From contig CM119267.1 in assembly GCA_051294375.1 (NCBI GenBank), forward strand, positions 6,003,992-6,067,991: DNA of 64,000 nucleotides. Reading direction: 5' to 3'. Under the pieces are notes generated by a model, which was not told the DNA's origin, made no database searches, and saw only the letters and a list, made by a program, of their open reading frames with translations. Within the stretch, counting starts at the first letter, position 1; each line of letters opens with the position of its first letter. Shown piece after piece: positions 11,359 to 24,593 of this stretch. This DNA is from Paraspadella gotoi. Taxonomy: Eukaryota; Animalia; Chaetognatha. Made by a program: the position numbers and the translations under genes.

Positions 11359-11562
11359 TCTTAAGTTCTGAAAATAGTTTTTGTCAAAACCCAGCAAACA
11401 AACTCCGGGTTTTATTTGGTTTTCGTTTGCTTCTCCGCGAATTGTGTCGACCTGGCGCTTTGGGCTTTGCAAGAGGCCTAAACATTAGTTCGGCACAACA
11501 CGACCATGGGTGTTTTACACGAGTTTCCCACGATGAGAGGCTGCAACCAAAATGTTGTTTAA

Positions 11563-13209
11563 TTAAAGTGGGGAAAATAGAGGAAGAGAGTGAGAGAGGA
11601 AGACGGAGGGAGAGGATCTTTTTTTTTTTCTTTCTTTTTTCAAAGACTGCAGCAGCGTCTTTGACGACAAACTGATTTGTGGATCGTAAAGAAAAGACTG
11701 AGTAAGATAGAAGCTGCTATCCGCGGCGACGAATTCCATAGCATTGATAGCGCCGCGGAAAGGGCAAATTTGTTGGTAGGAATTCCCGACCCAAATTCGG
11801 GCGGCCGTGGGCTGATTATTGAAAATGCCTATTTCACAGGACGTCATGTCGTTAGCATCGTCGATGAGTATGACGTCGTACTTGCACAAATTGGGGCGCG
11901 ACAATTGGTATAACTTTAAGTAACCATCGTGAGTCATAGGAACGCTAAAGTCTGAAGCGTCTTTCATCGCGTGCCATAAGACTTTGGCATCCTCATAATG
12001 TTGATGTCGATCTCGCCCTAGAATCTGCACATGTTCCAGGCAGACTTCGTCATCTTGAGAAGCCCAAAAATGTTCGAGGGTCTCTAAAACGGCCTTCGCT
12101 CGTCCCACAGGGGCGAAGGTGTGAGGATTTGGCAGTACTTTCATTACGTCGTACGCCGTAAAGTTATCCTTGAATTTGTGTTTGCCATCTTTGTTCTTGA
12201 CTAAGTATCGACGTCCAACCTCTCGGGAAGCCAAATGATACGTCGTCATCGACGTCACGTTAGGAGGAAACTTGGAGCTGGCTTCTTCGGCGATTTGCTG
12301 ATCGAAGCAGACGAAGAGAAAGGAAGTGCCCGGTCTCGCCTGCGCGTATCGCCTGAGCGTCGTAGTCTTTCCCGCTCCCGCGTAGGCGACGATCTTGAAC
12401 GTTTTTCCGACGCCGATGTCGCTCTCCACGACGCGGATCTGTTCGTTCGTGAGTATGACGTCGTCCTTTCGTTCCACGAAAATGTCAAAGTCGAAGCGGC
12501 CCTCCGAGTGCCGATCGAAAATTGAACGGAGGAGGTGACGCGACTCGTGCGAAGGATTCTGCAGCAAGTAGAGGCCCGAATACACGTCTTCGTGATGACG
12601 TTCGGGAATGTTGTAGCATCGATGAAAGGCGCGGAAAAAGAGCGCGGCCGCGTAGAAAAAGTCGATGACGAGCGGACGGTCAATAGGGAGGAGAAGTTCA
12701 AGGATGTAGAGGATCGAGTGGCTGTCCGGCGCGTAGAATAGATAGACGCCAAGGAAGGCAAAGGGCTGGAGACCCGAACCGACGTTTTCGGGGTCGAGTA
12801 AACATTGTTTCAAGTTGGGAATGGGAGCCAGGAGGTAGTAGAGTTTCTTAATAGGGGGAATTGTATTTAAGGCGGCGAGGATACGATCAGCCGTGCTTCC
12901 CGCTCCGGATCGTTTAAAGCAGGCCGCCCAACGCGCGAAGATAACATAGCATTCGGGACGACCCCTCGAGTCAGTGCAGCCCTCGAGATCAATAAGGTCT
13001 TTCACAATAGATACGGCGAAATTGTCTGTGGCTTGGTCCCTATAGTACAGTTTTTTGTGAGGTAAGAATTGAGCGTCGTTGACTTCGTTTAAAGCTTTGC
13101 AAACGAGGCTCACGTTGATCAAGGACTTGATCGGCAATTCGCAAAAAATATTTTGAAGCAAATGTCGGTCCAAATTCAATAATCCTACTTCTTTGTTGCT
13201 TTGCGACAT
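11563..13209 (-). CDS. FBH1: F-box DNA helicase 1-like, C-terminally truncated with degenerate helicase motifs (possible pseudogene)
   Basis: N-terminal F-box, LTNEQ, AYAGAGKTTTL, MTHDGYLKLYQLSRP and YLTQSF; motif II reads DDAND instead of DEAQD; homology ends after motif IV. Confidence 0.8.
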   Translation of the reverse strand: MSQSNKEVGLLNLDRHLLQNIFCELPIKSLINVSLVCKALNEVNDAQFLPHKKLYYRDQATDNFAVSIVKDLIDLEGCTDSRGRPECYVIFARWAACFKRSGAGSTADRILAALNTIPPIKKLYYLLAPIPNLKQCLLDPENVGSGLQPFAFLGVYLFYAPDSHSILYILELLLPIDRPLVIDFFYAAALFFRAFHRCYNIPERHHEDVYSGLYLLQNPSHESRHLLRSIFDRHSEGRFDFDIFVERKDDVILTNEQIRVVESDIGVGKTFKIVAYAGAGKTTTLRRYAQARPGTSFLFVCFDQQIAEEASSKFPPNVTSMTTYHLASREVGRRYLVKNKDGKHKFKDNFTAYDVMKVLPNPHTFAPVGRAKAVLETLEHFWASQDDEVCLEHVQILGRDRHQHYEDAKVLWHAMKDASDFSVPMTHDGYLKLYQLSRPNLCKYDVILIDDANDMTSCEIGIFNNQPTAARIWVGNSYQQICPFRGAINAMEFVAADSSFYLTQSFLYDPQISLSSKTLLQSLKKERKKKRSSPSVFLSHSLPLFSPL

Positions 13210-13289
13210 TTTTACTTTGTTTTTTTTTATTTTTGTTTCGTTGTGATTTGATTTAGAACAAAGTTTTCAAGAGAGATTTAACCACGATT

Positions 13290-13345
13290 TTTATTTCATA
13301 GTGAAACGTGTTTCGACTCACATACGAGTCTTCCTCAGCGCCAAT
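13290..13345 (-). ncRNA. Hammerhead-ribozyme-like motif (Penelope-like element relic)
   Basis: Minus strand reads CTGAGGA-A-GACTC-GTATGT-GAGTC-GAAAC-AC-GTT, followed by AATAAA; stem I pairs poorly. Confidence 0.45.
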
Positions 13346-13703
13346 TCAATTCAATTACTTAAAAAAAAAGTAAAATATACCAGAATTAGTAACGGACCGT
13401 AGAAAAAAAAAGCATGATCGTATGATGACTAGAAAACCAAAAAAATAAAATATTTTTATCATCGTTTCTTCTAAAACAGACGGTCAATCAATTACAGTTG
13501 TAAAAATAATCCGAATAACTCCAATGCGAATACAAAATGTAACAGTTAATAAAATTTTTAAAATCAACCATGCAGTTCAGGAAGAAGAAAAGGTGGTGAA
13601 AAAAATATACAATTAAATCAGGATCGTTTCACAAATTCTCAACGATCATCGAAGAAAGAACCGGGGTAAAAGTTGGAAATGTCAAGTTGGTTTTTTTTTT
13701 TTT

Positions 13704-16700
13704 TCAACGACTGAAAACTTCATCTTGAGATGATTGTCTCGCGATTTCACCAACGGTGTTCGACGTCGCTTCAATGGGCGTGGAAACTGTCGCCTCCGCC
13801 GTCGCCAACGATCCTTCGCCGTTGGATTCGTCGTCTCTCCGAGAGTTTGAAACGGCGTCGCTTTCCTTGTACCACTGCTGAACTTGCTCAGCGTACATGT
13901 TCATGGAAAAATCGACTTTTCGCCGCGAGCGGACTCCCCGGTATTTCGTCCCGCCGCTCTCCGACACCTCGACAGAAAGCGAGTCCAGCGCCGTGGACGA
14001 AGAGTTGGAGGCGGAAACGTAGCGACGACTTATCAGTCCGCCGTGTAGTCCGTCGGCAAGAGGAGGTGGGGGTCGATCCACCGACTTGACCCGCTTAAAA
14101 GCCTCTTGCCAATTGATGTAGGATTGTTCCGTTTTATTCACCATCAAGTTCTTTATCAACAAAAACATTTCAAAAGTATAAATAAATAATTTTACTTGGG
14201 TGTATATTGATTCGGTACTAACCTCCTCTTTCGTCAATAACATAGATACTTTAACCAAAGCATCCTCGTCCATGTCTTTGGTTGTAGTTTTTCGATAATC
14301 GATACGAAACGTGAAAGCTTCCAAAATAAAAGCAATCACGATGTTGACGACCACCTAAAATAAAAAACCCAAAATAAATATTAAAAGACAAAAAGAAAAA
14401 AAATTAAGGATTATTACCATAGTAATAAGATAAAAAGTCATGAAGAAAACGCGGGTCCATTCGCCCATAACATGCGCAAAGCCGTCCATGATGATAAACC
14501 AGTTGTTGACAACAGTCAACTCGAACAATGTCACCATGCTTCGAAGAATGTTGTCAAAGTTATTCAAATAGTAGAACCTGTTAACAACCGAATGAATTTC
14601 TATGAGTTATGACGCTGACCGAATAAAAATCAGAATACGTAAAAAAAAAGTCACCCCGTGTTATTTTTATAGTTCCCCTCGACCGTGGTGTTAATGCAGC
14701 AGTCGGTGAGTAATTTTCGATTAGCTTCTGTCGCAAAAATTTCCATCCCAATGATGGCGTAAAAATAATATAGCAAAACCATTACCATGCCAACCGAAGA
14801 CATTCTGGGAAGCAACACATATACTGTGGCAAAGACGTCTCGGTATCTTTTGCGATACTTGAAAAGTCTAAAAAACAATACGTAGTTTTTAGAAGTTATT
14901 CAGCTTATCGATAAAAGAGCAGAAGGGCACCTCAATAGACGCAAGGGTCTTAAAACGAGAATGGCTTGAAAGACTATGACCATAACGTGATTTTTTTTTT
15001 CAGTATACGACAAAATTTGTTCCCCGACGAATCCGATGCAAGCGATAACGGTCAAGGCAAAGTCGAATGAATTCCAAGCAGATCTAAGAAGGTTAAATTT
15101 AGTTGCAATGGCTTTTTTCCCCCCGTTATGTCGAAAAAGTTTGGGTTTACGACCTCTTGATTGAATACTTTTTAAAATTAATTTCTTACTTAAAATACTT
15201 GGAAGGACCCAATCCGAAAATTTTAAGGGCGGCCTCAAGGATGTAAAAGGCGAGGAATCCGTGCTCAATATATCTTCTCGTCGCCATCTCAGCAACGTAT
15301 TCTGGTCCGCTGAAGGCTTTGGAGAGGGCGTTGGCGAAAAGAACGACAAAGACGAGATACTTGAACCCGCGCCACCTGACGAACGCGTTGACTCTTCGTC
15401 CGCACTCGGCGACGACGACATTGGACACGCGGCAGAACCAAGGGCCGGAGTCGTCGCGAACCAACTTCCAGTTCAACTCCGAAGCCTCGTAGACGTTAAA
15501 GAATTCATCGAGAGTGAGAAGACCCGTCTCGCTCTTGTTGAGGACTTTGAAGCTGAGAAGAAAGAAAGGTGGAGACAATTATATTTTTAGTTGTTATTAC
15601 TTCGAGATTCTTAGTGCATTTTTGTTGTTAGATGCCAACTTTGATCTTTGCACGTCACTTAATTGGCTACCTAATTCGCTATGGTCTTTATAAAACATAC
15701 GTATAGCAACACCGACAACAACGACGAGCCTACCTGAGGTAGACATGTAGAATGGATTTACGAGGCGAGAAATATCGCATCAGGCCCACAAAATGTTTGA
15801 CCGAAAGGCGATCCGGGTAACTGCGACTATTTAAGAGTCTGAAGGCTCGACGGCAAGCTTCCCGGCGGTGGAGCAAAAGTCCTGTCAGCGAGTATATTTA
15901 AGAATAAAATAGTGATATCAAAATTAAATGGGTAAAAAATGTACGAAGCTAGTATCATACCTTTCAGTTTCTTCATTTCGTTCTCAGTGAATGAATTACA
16001 AACGACGGCTAACAGCAAATTCATGATGAAATACAATTCTATAACGAGATACATCAAAAAGTACAAAAACGAAAAGGGGTTCTCGTCGTAGTCCTAATAC
16101 AAAATAAATAAAAGATTCAATCAAATCGATCGGTCGACGCTTTACGCATCGCGACTCCAGCGCCCCCTTACTTTCATCATGACGTCGGGATAATTGGCCG
16201 TCGTGAAAAGAACGAAGAGGCTGATGAAGCTCCGGTTTAACGTGGAAAAGTTGGCGTCGTCGCTGGGGAAAAGTTGGTTGCCCAAAATGGCGAAGATGAA
16301 TGTGAAGAAGAGGAGAAGAAAATACATTTCCACGATTGGAGGGAGGGAGAAGAGGATCTGACGCACGAAACGACGCACGCCGCGCGCGTAGCGACAGTCG
16401 ACGAGGAAGATCGGGCGCAAAGCGCGAGTGATGCGAAAGTGGTTGCGGGCGCGACCGGCCACCACGAGGGCCTCCAGAACCATGACCGCGAGCACCACCA
16501 TCTGTCGAAGAGATGTAGGTGTTGAAAAAAAGTTGTTTTCCCCTTCGTCGCTCTTTTAACATACGTACCTAATTAACAAACTAACATACTTACTTTTAAC
16601 ATCGATCTTTTATGTTTTACAAAGACTCGAGGACTCATCCATCGAATTTTGAGAACGGACTCGACTGAGATGATGCCCAGGCAAAGAATTTCTAGTAAGG

Positions 16701-17895
16701 CGTGGACGAGAGTCGGAACCCGGATGTTGTCCACGGAGGGTTCCTCGATAAAGGCGAGACTCATCAGCAACAACGCCACCACGAGCTCCAAAATGTAGAA
16801 TAAGCGATTATGAACGATGGAATAAGCTGGAAAAAAATGGTTAAAATGGAATTTTAAAATTAGAAAAATTAGGGCGAGTAATGAGAATACAAGAAACGGC
16901 AATTTCAGTATTCACGTGACTTCTAAGGCGGGCAAAAAATGAACACTTTTTATCAATTTTAGTTCTCTCAAGTTTTTAAATATTTATTAATATATAACAA
17001 ATGAGAACAATTTTTTGTTTAAATTTTATTTTTTAACAACCGATTTCTATATAAAGCATGAAAATTTAAATAAAAGTTAGTATTATATTTTTTTAAAATT
17101 TTCACAATAAATCGTATAAAATAGAAAAAACCTTAATCATCATCATTGGCTGAATTTTATAATTTTTTAAAATTGTCATCAATAAAACAAAACAATTTTA
17201 AAAAGGTGTAATAATAACTTTTATCTAACTTTTAAAGCTCTATCAGAATCTATTAAAAAAAATATTTTTTTTTAAATTTAAAGCATTTTTGTTGGATGAT
17301 ATACAATTAACCGTATTATATGAATTTTATGAATTATAATTATAATTATAATTATTATGAATTCTATGAATTTTTCGCAAAAGTTTGAGTCCAACATTAA
17401 GTGGAGCAGACAGAGCGTCGGGCGGACCGACCGACCGACCAAAAAGTGAGTCAGAGTTGCTCCGCAACAATAAAAACCTGGAAGCGACGCTTGATCCCTC
17501 GGGTGCGTGTCGAATTTGTCATTATTGGCCCCCTCCTCCAAAAATATGGCGGCCTCTTGATAGTTGAGGTCCCATTGGATGGTTCGCTCGACGGAACCGA
17601 AGTCCGCCTGCGACTCTGAGCTGACGCTGCTGGCTACGTTTCGCAGCTCATTCACGGGACCCAGCCCCTTGTCAACAACGATGTGACCGTTGGGGGTCTC
17701 GGGGTCGTCGACGTAAAATATCGCCGTGGGCTGCAGCGCCGGCGGGGCGAGTTCCGTCCGCTGCACGGGGACGGACGTGACGCGACCCCGAGTATCCTCC
17801 AAAACAAGGAGAGAGGTCAAGCGAGGCGGCGAGAGGGCGTTCTCGCCTTCTTCGTCCATGATCGGCGCATCGTCGGGAAATGACACCGACGACAT
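13704..17895 (-). CDS. TPCN1: Two-pore channel 1 (multi-exon)
   Basis: Exon peptides [71 protein letters not shown] and [11 protein letters not shown]; short GT-AG introns. Confidence 0.95.
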
Positions 17896-18080
17896 GTTTT
17901 GTTTTTTTACTTTGTTGTTTTTTCTATCCGTTCCATTGATTCCAAGTTAATTCATAGAGCATAACTCCCGTGATGTGATCACGAATCATAGCTTAATATA
18001 TTCAGTAAAGCAAAAAAAATATATAATAAACAACTTAAGTTAACATAACTTGACAAAAGATATCATAAAACAATTGCGAA

Positions 18081-21000
18081 CTATGGGTATTGGGAACTAT
18101 GGACATTTGAAGGGCCGATGAGAGGCTCGGGATTTCGCCGTGATGAAGCAGGGTCGGCGGCCTCGAGAACTTTGGCGGAGAGAGAAGCCTTGGGCCCCGT
18201 CGCCCATTCAGCCCCGACATCGTCTTGGACGGAGACGGCGATGGCAAGGTGGTGGATCCCGGCAACGGGAAATGCCAACAAGAACTGTAATGGGGTGAAA
18301 AAGAACCGTTGATTATTAAAAGAATAAAAAAAATAATAAAAAAATAAAAAAAAACACGCGCCTGTTGACAAAAATAATCGTTTTGGGGGAACACAGATCG
18401 CGTCATCGACTGCGAAATCACTTCCGGTTTGAGATTGACTTCTATCGACGACGCAGAACGAGACTGAAGCGTCGTCTTCAATGACATTATGATCTTTTGA
18501 ATGTCGCGGTGACGCTTTACGGAGGACCCCGTCGCATCCTTCCCTTTCGCGCGTCGAATGCGTGAAAGGGGAGAAGAGTCGACAGAGAGAGCGGATCCCG
18601 AGTCGCCGGAAGAAGATCCTCGTTGGATGACGCCTTCGACTTTGAGAACGAGATGAGTGTCAGGCATAACCTAGTAAAAGTAAAACGTTGAAAGCATTTT
18701 CAGTTATAGAACAAACTAAAAAATAAAAAGTATAAGGAACAACAATGAATAGACTCCACTAATTAACGAACCGTCACGGGTTCTCCGATGACTTTAGGCT
18801 GCGGCGAAATGGCCAACTTGATGTTGGTCACTTGGAGAGATTGGAAAAAGTATCGAGGAAAAGGGAGCGGTTGAGCGATGAGAATCAAACAGAGTTCCTG
18901 GATGAGCTCCACGCGCTGGTCAACGGAGGGGAGAGGCCGTCCCTCTTTCTCGAGGACGGAGGAGAGCTTCCGCATCGCCGTCCGACAAGACTCCGTCTGG
19001 CGGCGAAGATCGAGTGGTGACGATTCCGCGTCGAGGAGGGAGGAAGAGTCGGCGCCGCCAATGAGAGAGTTTAGAACCTTTGAGAAAGCGTATTGGAAAT
19101 TCTTTGGATAAGGCGCTAAGTGGACTTTAGATGACTAATGTGTCATTGACTATCCGCAACTTCTCGCAGCCATGGAACGGGTCCTGGGCTTGGAACCAGG
19201 CTTGAGGGTTTTCCACGCCCCCAAGGCGGTTTAAGGCAGTTTTCATGCTTATAGGCGGGGTGAACTTATGCAATTCCCGATTACAATTCTTCGCCATTGT
19301 TGATATTGCTATCATTTACGTACAGAAAGGTTTTTAATAAAAACTACCAATAGGATAAAACCAAAAAAAAATTGTACTTGGGAGTAGGGATGATTTAAGG
19401 TTATTTCACCTGAGAGCTGGCCAGATTTCTCGATTTTTGACCCGTGGCTGAAGGGGCGTGGACGAGCAGCGAATCAATAGCGGATATTAAGATTGACGCC
19501 GCTAAACGCAACAGATTCAGGTATTTCAACGAAAGAGCATCAGCGTCGAAGGAAGCCTGGAGCAGGTTGCTGATCTGATCCGCCAGAGCTCGGAATTCTT
19601 TGGAGACGGCGTGAAGCTGAGTGCCGATCCTTGATCCCTTTGCCATGTCTCCAGCGACGGCCCCGGCTGCCGAAGTGGAAGCGATGGCTGGAGGCGGACA
19701 AGTGCGCAGACAGTTACAAGCGCGGATGAGCTGAACACAGGACTGCAAACTAGACGATCTAAGTCTGGCAAGTTGGATGGGAAAGGCGAGCGCGTGCGCG
19801 GGGGTGGAGGCAGCGAAAAGTTGAGTCACGCCAAGATGAGCGGCCTCTACGGCAGACAAAAGGCTGCCGAGGGGGGATGTAGAATGATCGTCGCCTGGAA
19901 AAGACTCGGAGGATTCGTTGAGGGATGAATGCGGAACTCGCTTCATTCGGGCCAGCGTCTCTTCCACTCGACATAGGTGATAAAAACCGCGAAGCCAGGC
20001 AGCCAGAAAGGTGGATACCACCCCGCGGGAGCATAGTCGCTCTAATAGTTTTACTGCCACTCCGTGGTGCCCGTAACGGGCGGCCTGTCGGCTTACGCGA
20101 TAGGCAGTCCACCTTCTTCCCTCAGACGAAGACAAATCGCCAAAAACAGCGTCCACGGCCTCCAAAGCGACGCAGACGGTGGGAGAATCGGGCCGCGCCG
20201 ATGCCGCCTGGAGCACCAGCGTGGAGAGCAGCTCAAGCCGGCGACTATCAGTCGACGAGGGAGTTCGCCGCAACGACTCGGTCAGATCCTCGACGCAAGG
20301 GCACAAGGCGGCGCCGTCGGAGGCTCCAACAGCCGCAAGTGTCTCCAGCAACAAGAGTTCCATTTCCTCGTCGGCCATTTTTAACAGAGAAGCGATTATG
20401 GAAACGAATCCCAAAGCATCCCTTGGTTTGGCCCGTGAGAGACGGACCACGCACTTCAATCCCTTTTTGGCGGCATTCCAGGGGAACGGCTTGCGATTTG
20501 TCAACGCGCTCCCGTCCTGCGAAGTCTGCACGGCGCCAATCAGGAAGGTTTGCAGCGCGCCCGAGGCCGCATCGTAAATGTCTTCCCGCGATGCCTCGTT
20601 GGCTGCGTCGCACAGCAACTCGCAAGCGGAGGCAGACACGCGGAGGTCGTCGTGGTAGCAGAGCCGAGGGAAGATCAAGTGTAGAGCCGAGGACGAGGGA
20701 GAAAATATGGTATCTTTTAGGCCAACGCTTTTAGAGAGGGAGATGAGAACGCGAAGGGTAGAAGTCAATAGTTGCGCCGAAGACGAACTGTTTTGTCAGA
20801 TTAAGTAAATAACTAAATATCGTTATATATTTGCTTTTGATTCACCATTGATCCCCTTCGCAAACTTTATTATGTATAAATTGTATATGATTGCTGAAAT
20901 GACCAACCTCATTCTTTTATGTTCCTCGTCCCCAGTCTCCATCTCAGCCAAATCCAAGATCTTCGTCACAAACTCCATCAACTCCTCCAGACTTTCGGCG

Positions 21001-22151
21001 TCCCACCGGTGAGGGTTCTCGTCAGCTAGGGTCGCCAGTCCGCGAAGGGCGCACCGTTTAACGCCGATCCGTGGATCCTCGCGCAGGCGACGGACGAGAA
21101 GAAGAACCTGGTCGGGGATATCGACAACCGAGGCTGTCGCCAGTCGCGTCAGCGTGTCTAGAACCACCACGACGAAAGGCAAGGAGGGGTGGGTGGCCAG
21201 AAAGTTAGTGGAGGAGCTTTGAGAGGCTCCGCGCAAGAGAGAGCTTTCTGTGGGGGATCCCGCGAGGAAAGATCGCACTGAACGGCAAAGTCGGTTGTCG
21301 TGGTGCATTGCCTGTGAAGAATAAGAGAAATGAAATGAAGGAATGAGGCCGAGATCAGCAAAAAGTAAAGTCGTTTAAGACCTGAAAGATTGGAATGAGC
21401 TTAAGCTTCATCTCCGCCGGAGTCTCTAACCCATCAACCATGGAGCTGAGTTTTCCAAAAATAGAAGAGGCGAAAGTCTTGGACTCTTTGGCGAAAGAAA
21501 AGGCGGCGGCGATAGCGGCTTCGAGCTCCACCTTATCGTGAGAATCGAGCGCGCATCGGATGGCATGATGCACCGAGGTCCGCTCGGGCATCACGCGCGC
21601 CATCTCGCCAAGAAGACGTAGAGTCACGGCGCGGGCCACGGGGTCGTTGCTGTGGATCACTTGGAAGATTCGTCGCAAAAACTCGTCCACGTTGATGATT
21701 TTGTCTAGGTGAAGCTGGAGACCGAAAAGATCTTTGAGTAAAATTGTTCTTGATATTCACAAGCGTTAAAATTTACCCGACTTTGCTGCACGACTTGTAC
21801 GACGCAGAGACGTAAAAAGTTGTTTCCCGTAACAAACACATCGGCCAGACGTAGGAACGCAGAGTTTATCAAAATAGGAAACGGAAACTTTTCGAAAAGC
21901 CTGTGACGCGGGGAGAACAGTTCTATTAATTGATACGAGTTACCAAAAAAAAATTGAAAGTAATACAAATTTAAATTTTACCTGGAATATCTGACGATCG
22001 CCTCGCACTGGTCTCCCACTTTAAATGAGCGCAGCGCCTTGTCTAACTCGACAAGCGCCGCGTTAGCATCCTGTTCACTAGAGGTTCCATTAGAAGGCCC
22101 AGACCCAAACTCAGTTCCGAGGCCTAGGGAAAAATTAGCGAACGTTCCCAT
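18081..22151 (-). CDS. INTS7: Integrator complex subunit 7 (multi-exon)
   Basis: EQDANAALVELDKALRS..GDQCEAIVR, FPFPILINSAFLRLADVF, IHSNDPVARAVTLR, RTCPPPAIA and PFPRYFFQSLQ. Confidence 0.95.
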
Positions 22152-22527
22152 GACGATCAATAATTTCTGTTCTTCAAAACTATATTATGTAGGAAATAAA
22201 TCAGAAAATAGTAAATACGATCACCCGGCTACCAAAAAATTATAAAAATATAAAAATTTTCTCTCGTAAATACATAATAGATAAGTAAATTCGTAAGCAA
22301 TATGTTACGAAAAAATCCAGGCGAGTCTAGAGGACAGATATAAAAGAAATCTATTTTTTAAATAGGTAAAGGCGTGCTCGCGGATCAACCGCAACAGTAA
22401 AACCAAATCTCGAGTGGAAAATATAAAGCTAAAAGATAATTTAGCACTTCTGGAAAAAAAATACCAACTATTCTACAAATCCAAGCAAGGCACTTTTCTT
22501 TGATTCGTCGCCCATCACCATCGAAGT

Positions 22528-23883
22528 TCACTTCATTCGAAAAGCCAACAACGGCCCCTCCGAAGTCTTCGGATTCTCGAGGTAGATCTCCCAAGTCCCG
22601 GCTGAAAAATCGAAAATCCCCGTGGCCACGGTCATCCCAGGATCGGTGGGACGAGGAGTCCGGAAGATCGGGTACTCTTGGTCGTCGTCGTTGCCCAGGA
22701 TGTCGAGAATTCCCGCCTTAACGCTCGCCTGCTCTTTCGCCTCCAACAGCGACGTCAGCTTTTCGGCAGCGCGTCGACGATGGATAGAACTGGCCTGCGT
22801 TGAGGCGTCTTCTTCAACGTCGGGTGAGTGCTCAAAATCGTTGAAGTGGCAAAGATAAGAGACCGCGGATGAGCCAATCCGAACCTCGGTCACTCGGGAG
22901 ACACAGTCACCATCCAACGGAGGGGAGACTTCAAAATTTCGAATCTCTCTAAGATCGTCACGAGTTAAATTAGATTCGAAATTAAAAAAAGACCTTTTGC
23001 TAAAAACTTCATTAGTCTCCTTTTCAAACCTTTTCCCATTGAGAAAGACACCGATGTTCGCGCTGAATCCAGTAGCAACCCCAAGGCCTTCGTCGAGGAG
23101 GATGGCCAGCGCGTCGTCAAAACTCTCCGCCGACAGCAAAGCGCGGTTGAGGAAGGCCCGTGGAGTTTTGTTTAGAGGCGTGCCGACAGGATAAAGAGCG
23201 TTCATGGCGAAGACCAAGCCGTTATCATTAAACCCCATCGCGCGACCGGGAAGAAATCCCGGATAGCTGTTTAAAAATTCGCATATCATCATCATCTAAA
23301 CTATCCATTCGATACCTTATAAAATACCCACGAATAAGCTGTGAAGGATTCCCTCATTTTTTTCCTTTCGACGTCGGGGAAACTTGAATCCTCTATCACC
23401 GCTTTGACTATATAACCGCAAGTCTTGGCTAATGGATTCGTGTCCTCGTTGTGACCCATCATGCAGATATCGTCGCGAAGAACAGAAATGGTACTGCACT
23501 CGTGCTGTTCACCACTGCCAAGAATAGCTCGATATTCCATATTGAGTTGGAGAAGGAACATTTTGTAAAACGGAATTTGGACTCCTTCAGCCAACCCCTT
23601 TAGTTCCTCAACATAATGGGGATAATGTTCATTGGCCGCCTAAAATCAGCGCTTAACGTCAGTTAAAACGTTCTTAAAATGAGTGCAGCGATTAACTTGC
23701 CTGAAGATACCCTTCATAAATCGATCTCCCTCGTTCAGTCAAATAAAACGGAACAAGCTCGGTTTCTAAATAACTTGACCCTTTCCAGAAATCAAAAATG
23801 CGATCTCGGAAAGTTCTGCCTATGGTGAATCCCACCTCGTAGTGCGTCCCTTTCACGTAAATAGATGGCAACGAAAGAACCAT
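22528..23883 (-). CDS. Tan-like beta-alanyl-amine hydrolase (peptidase C45/AAT Ntn-hydrolase), multi-exon
   Basis: GTHYEVGFTIGRTF, catalytic ECSTI, GHNED, YPGFLPG and TVATGIFD. Confidence 0.85.
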
Positions 23884-24593
23884 ATTCCTTCCGTTTTAAA
23901 TCATTTGCAGTAAAAGCTCAAAAATGAGAACGCAAAATAAAGCACATCCAAGATAGTTGCATAAGCTAGGAAGTTTCAACCAGAAAATTTAAACCTAGAA
24001 ACCTTTTTATATGGGAAAAAAAATAAAGCACTTAAATAATGAACCAAATAAAAGAAAAATTAGCTAGGAACACTTAAATAATGACAAATTAAAAAAAATT
24101 TTAACACGAAAAAATTATATTAGGACAGATATGAACGATTCCTATGTGAATTAAATAGAACTATCGAGGTGAATTTCAATATTTGACCCTTGCGCTGAGA
24201 TATGGGTTTTGTTTAGAATAGTTGCACAGACGTTCACACGGTCAGATTAGGAATAATTTAGAAAAATTGAAAGTAAAACGATGATATCTCACAACAATAC
24301 TTAATTATCGAAAAGTTATCAATTTTAGTTCTAAAATGTTTTTTTTTATATGTTTAAGACGTCGATGCACCTGATGCTACGACATAATTTTAAAAAATGA
24401 AATAAAAATTTTTAGCCTCTTTTGGCTCTCTTAGGGGTTGAATATCAAAATTCCCCTGGGAAGTTCCATTTATATCGTCATCGACAATATGTAAAATTTC
24501 ATGAAATTCGATTGGGTAGTTTGTAGAATCTGTTCCCACCAATTTCTTATTTTCAACTTTGTATCGAATTCTTTCATTTCCTTGTGTTTGAGA

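Noticed and set aside
19925-20734. 269 aa plus-strand ORF and many similar short antisense ORFs
   Set aside because: Antisense to GC-rich real exons (INTS7 and others); expected by chance.
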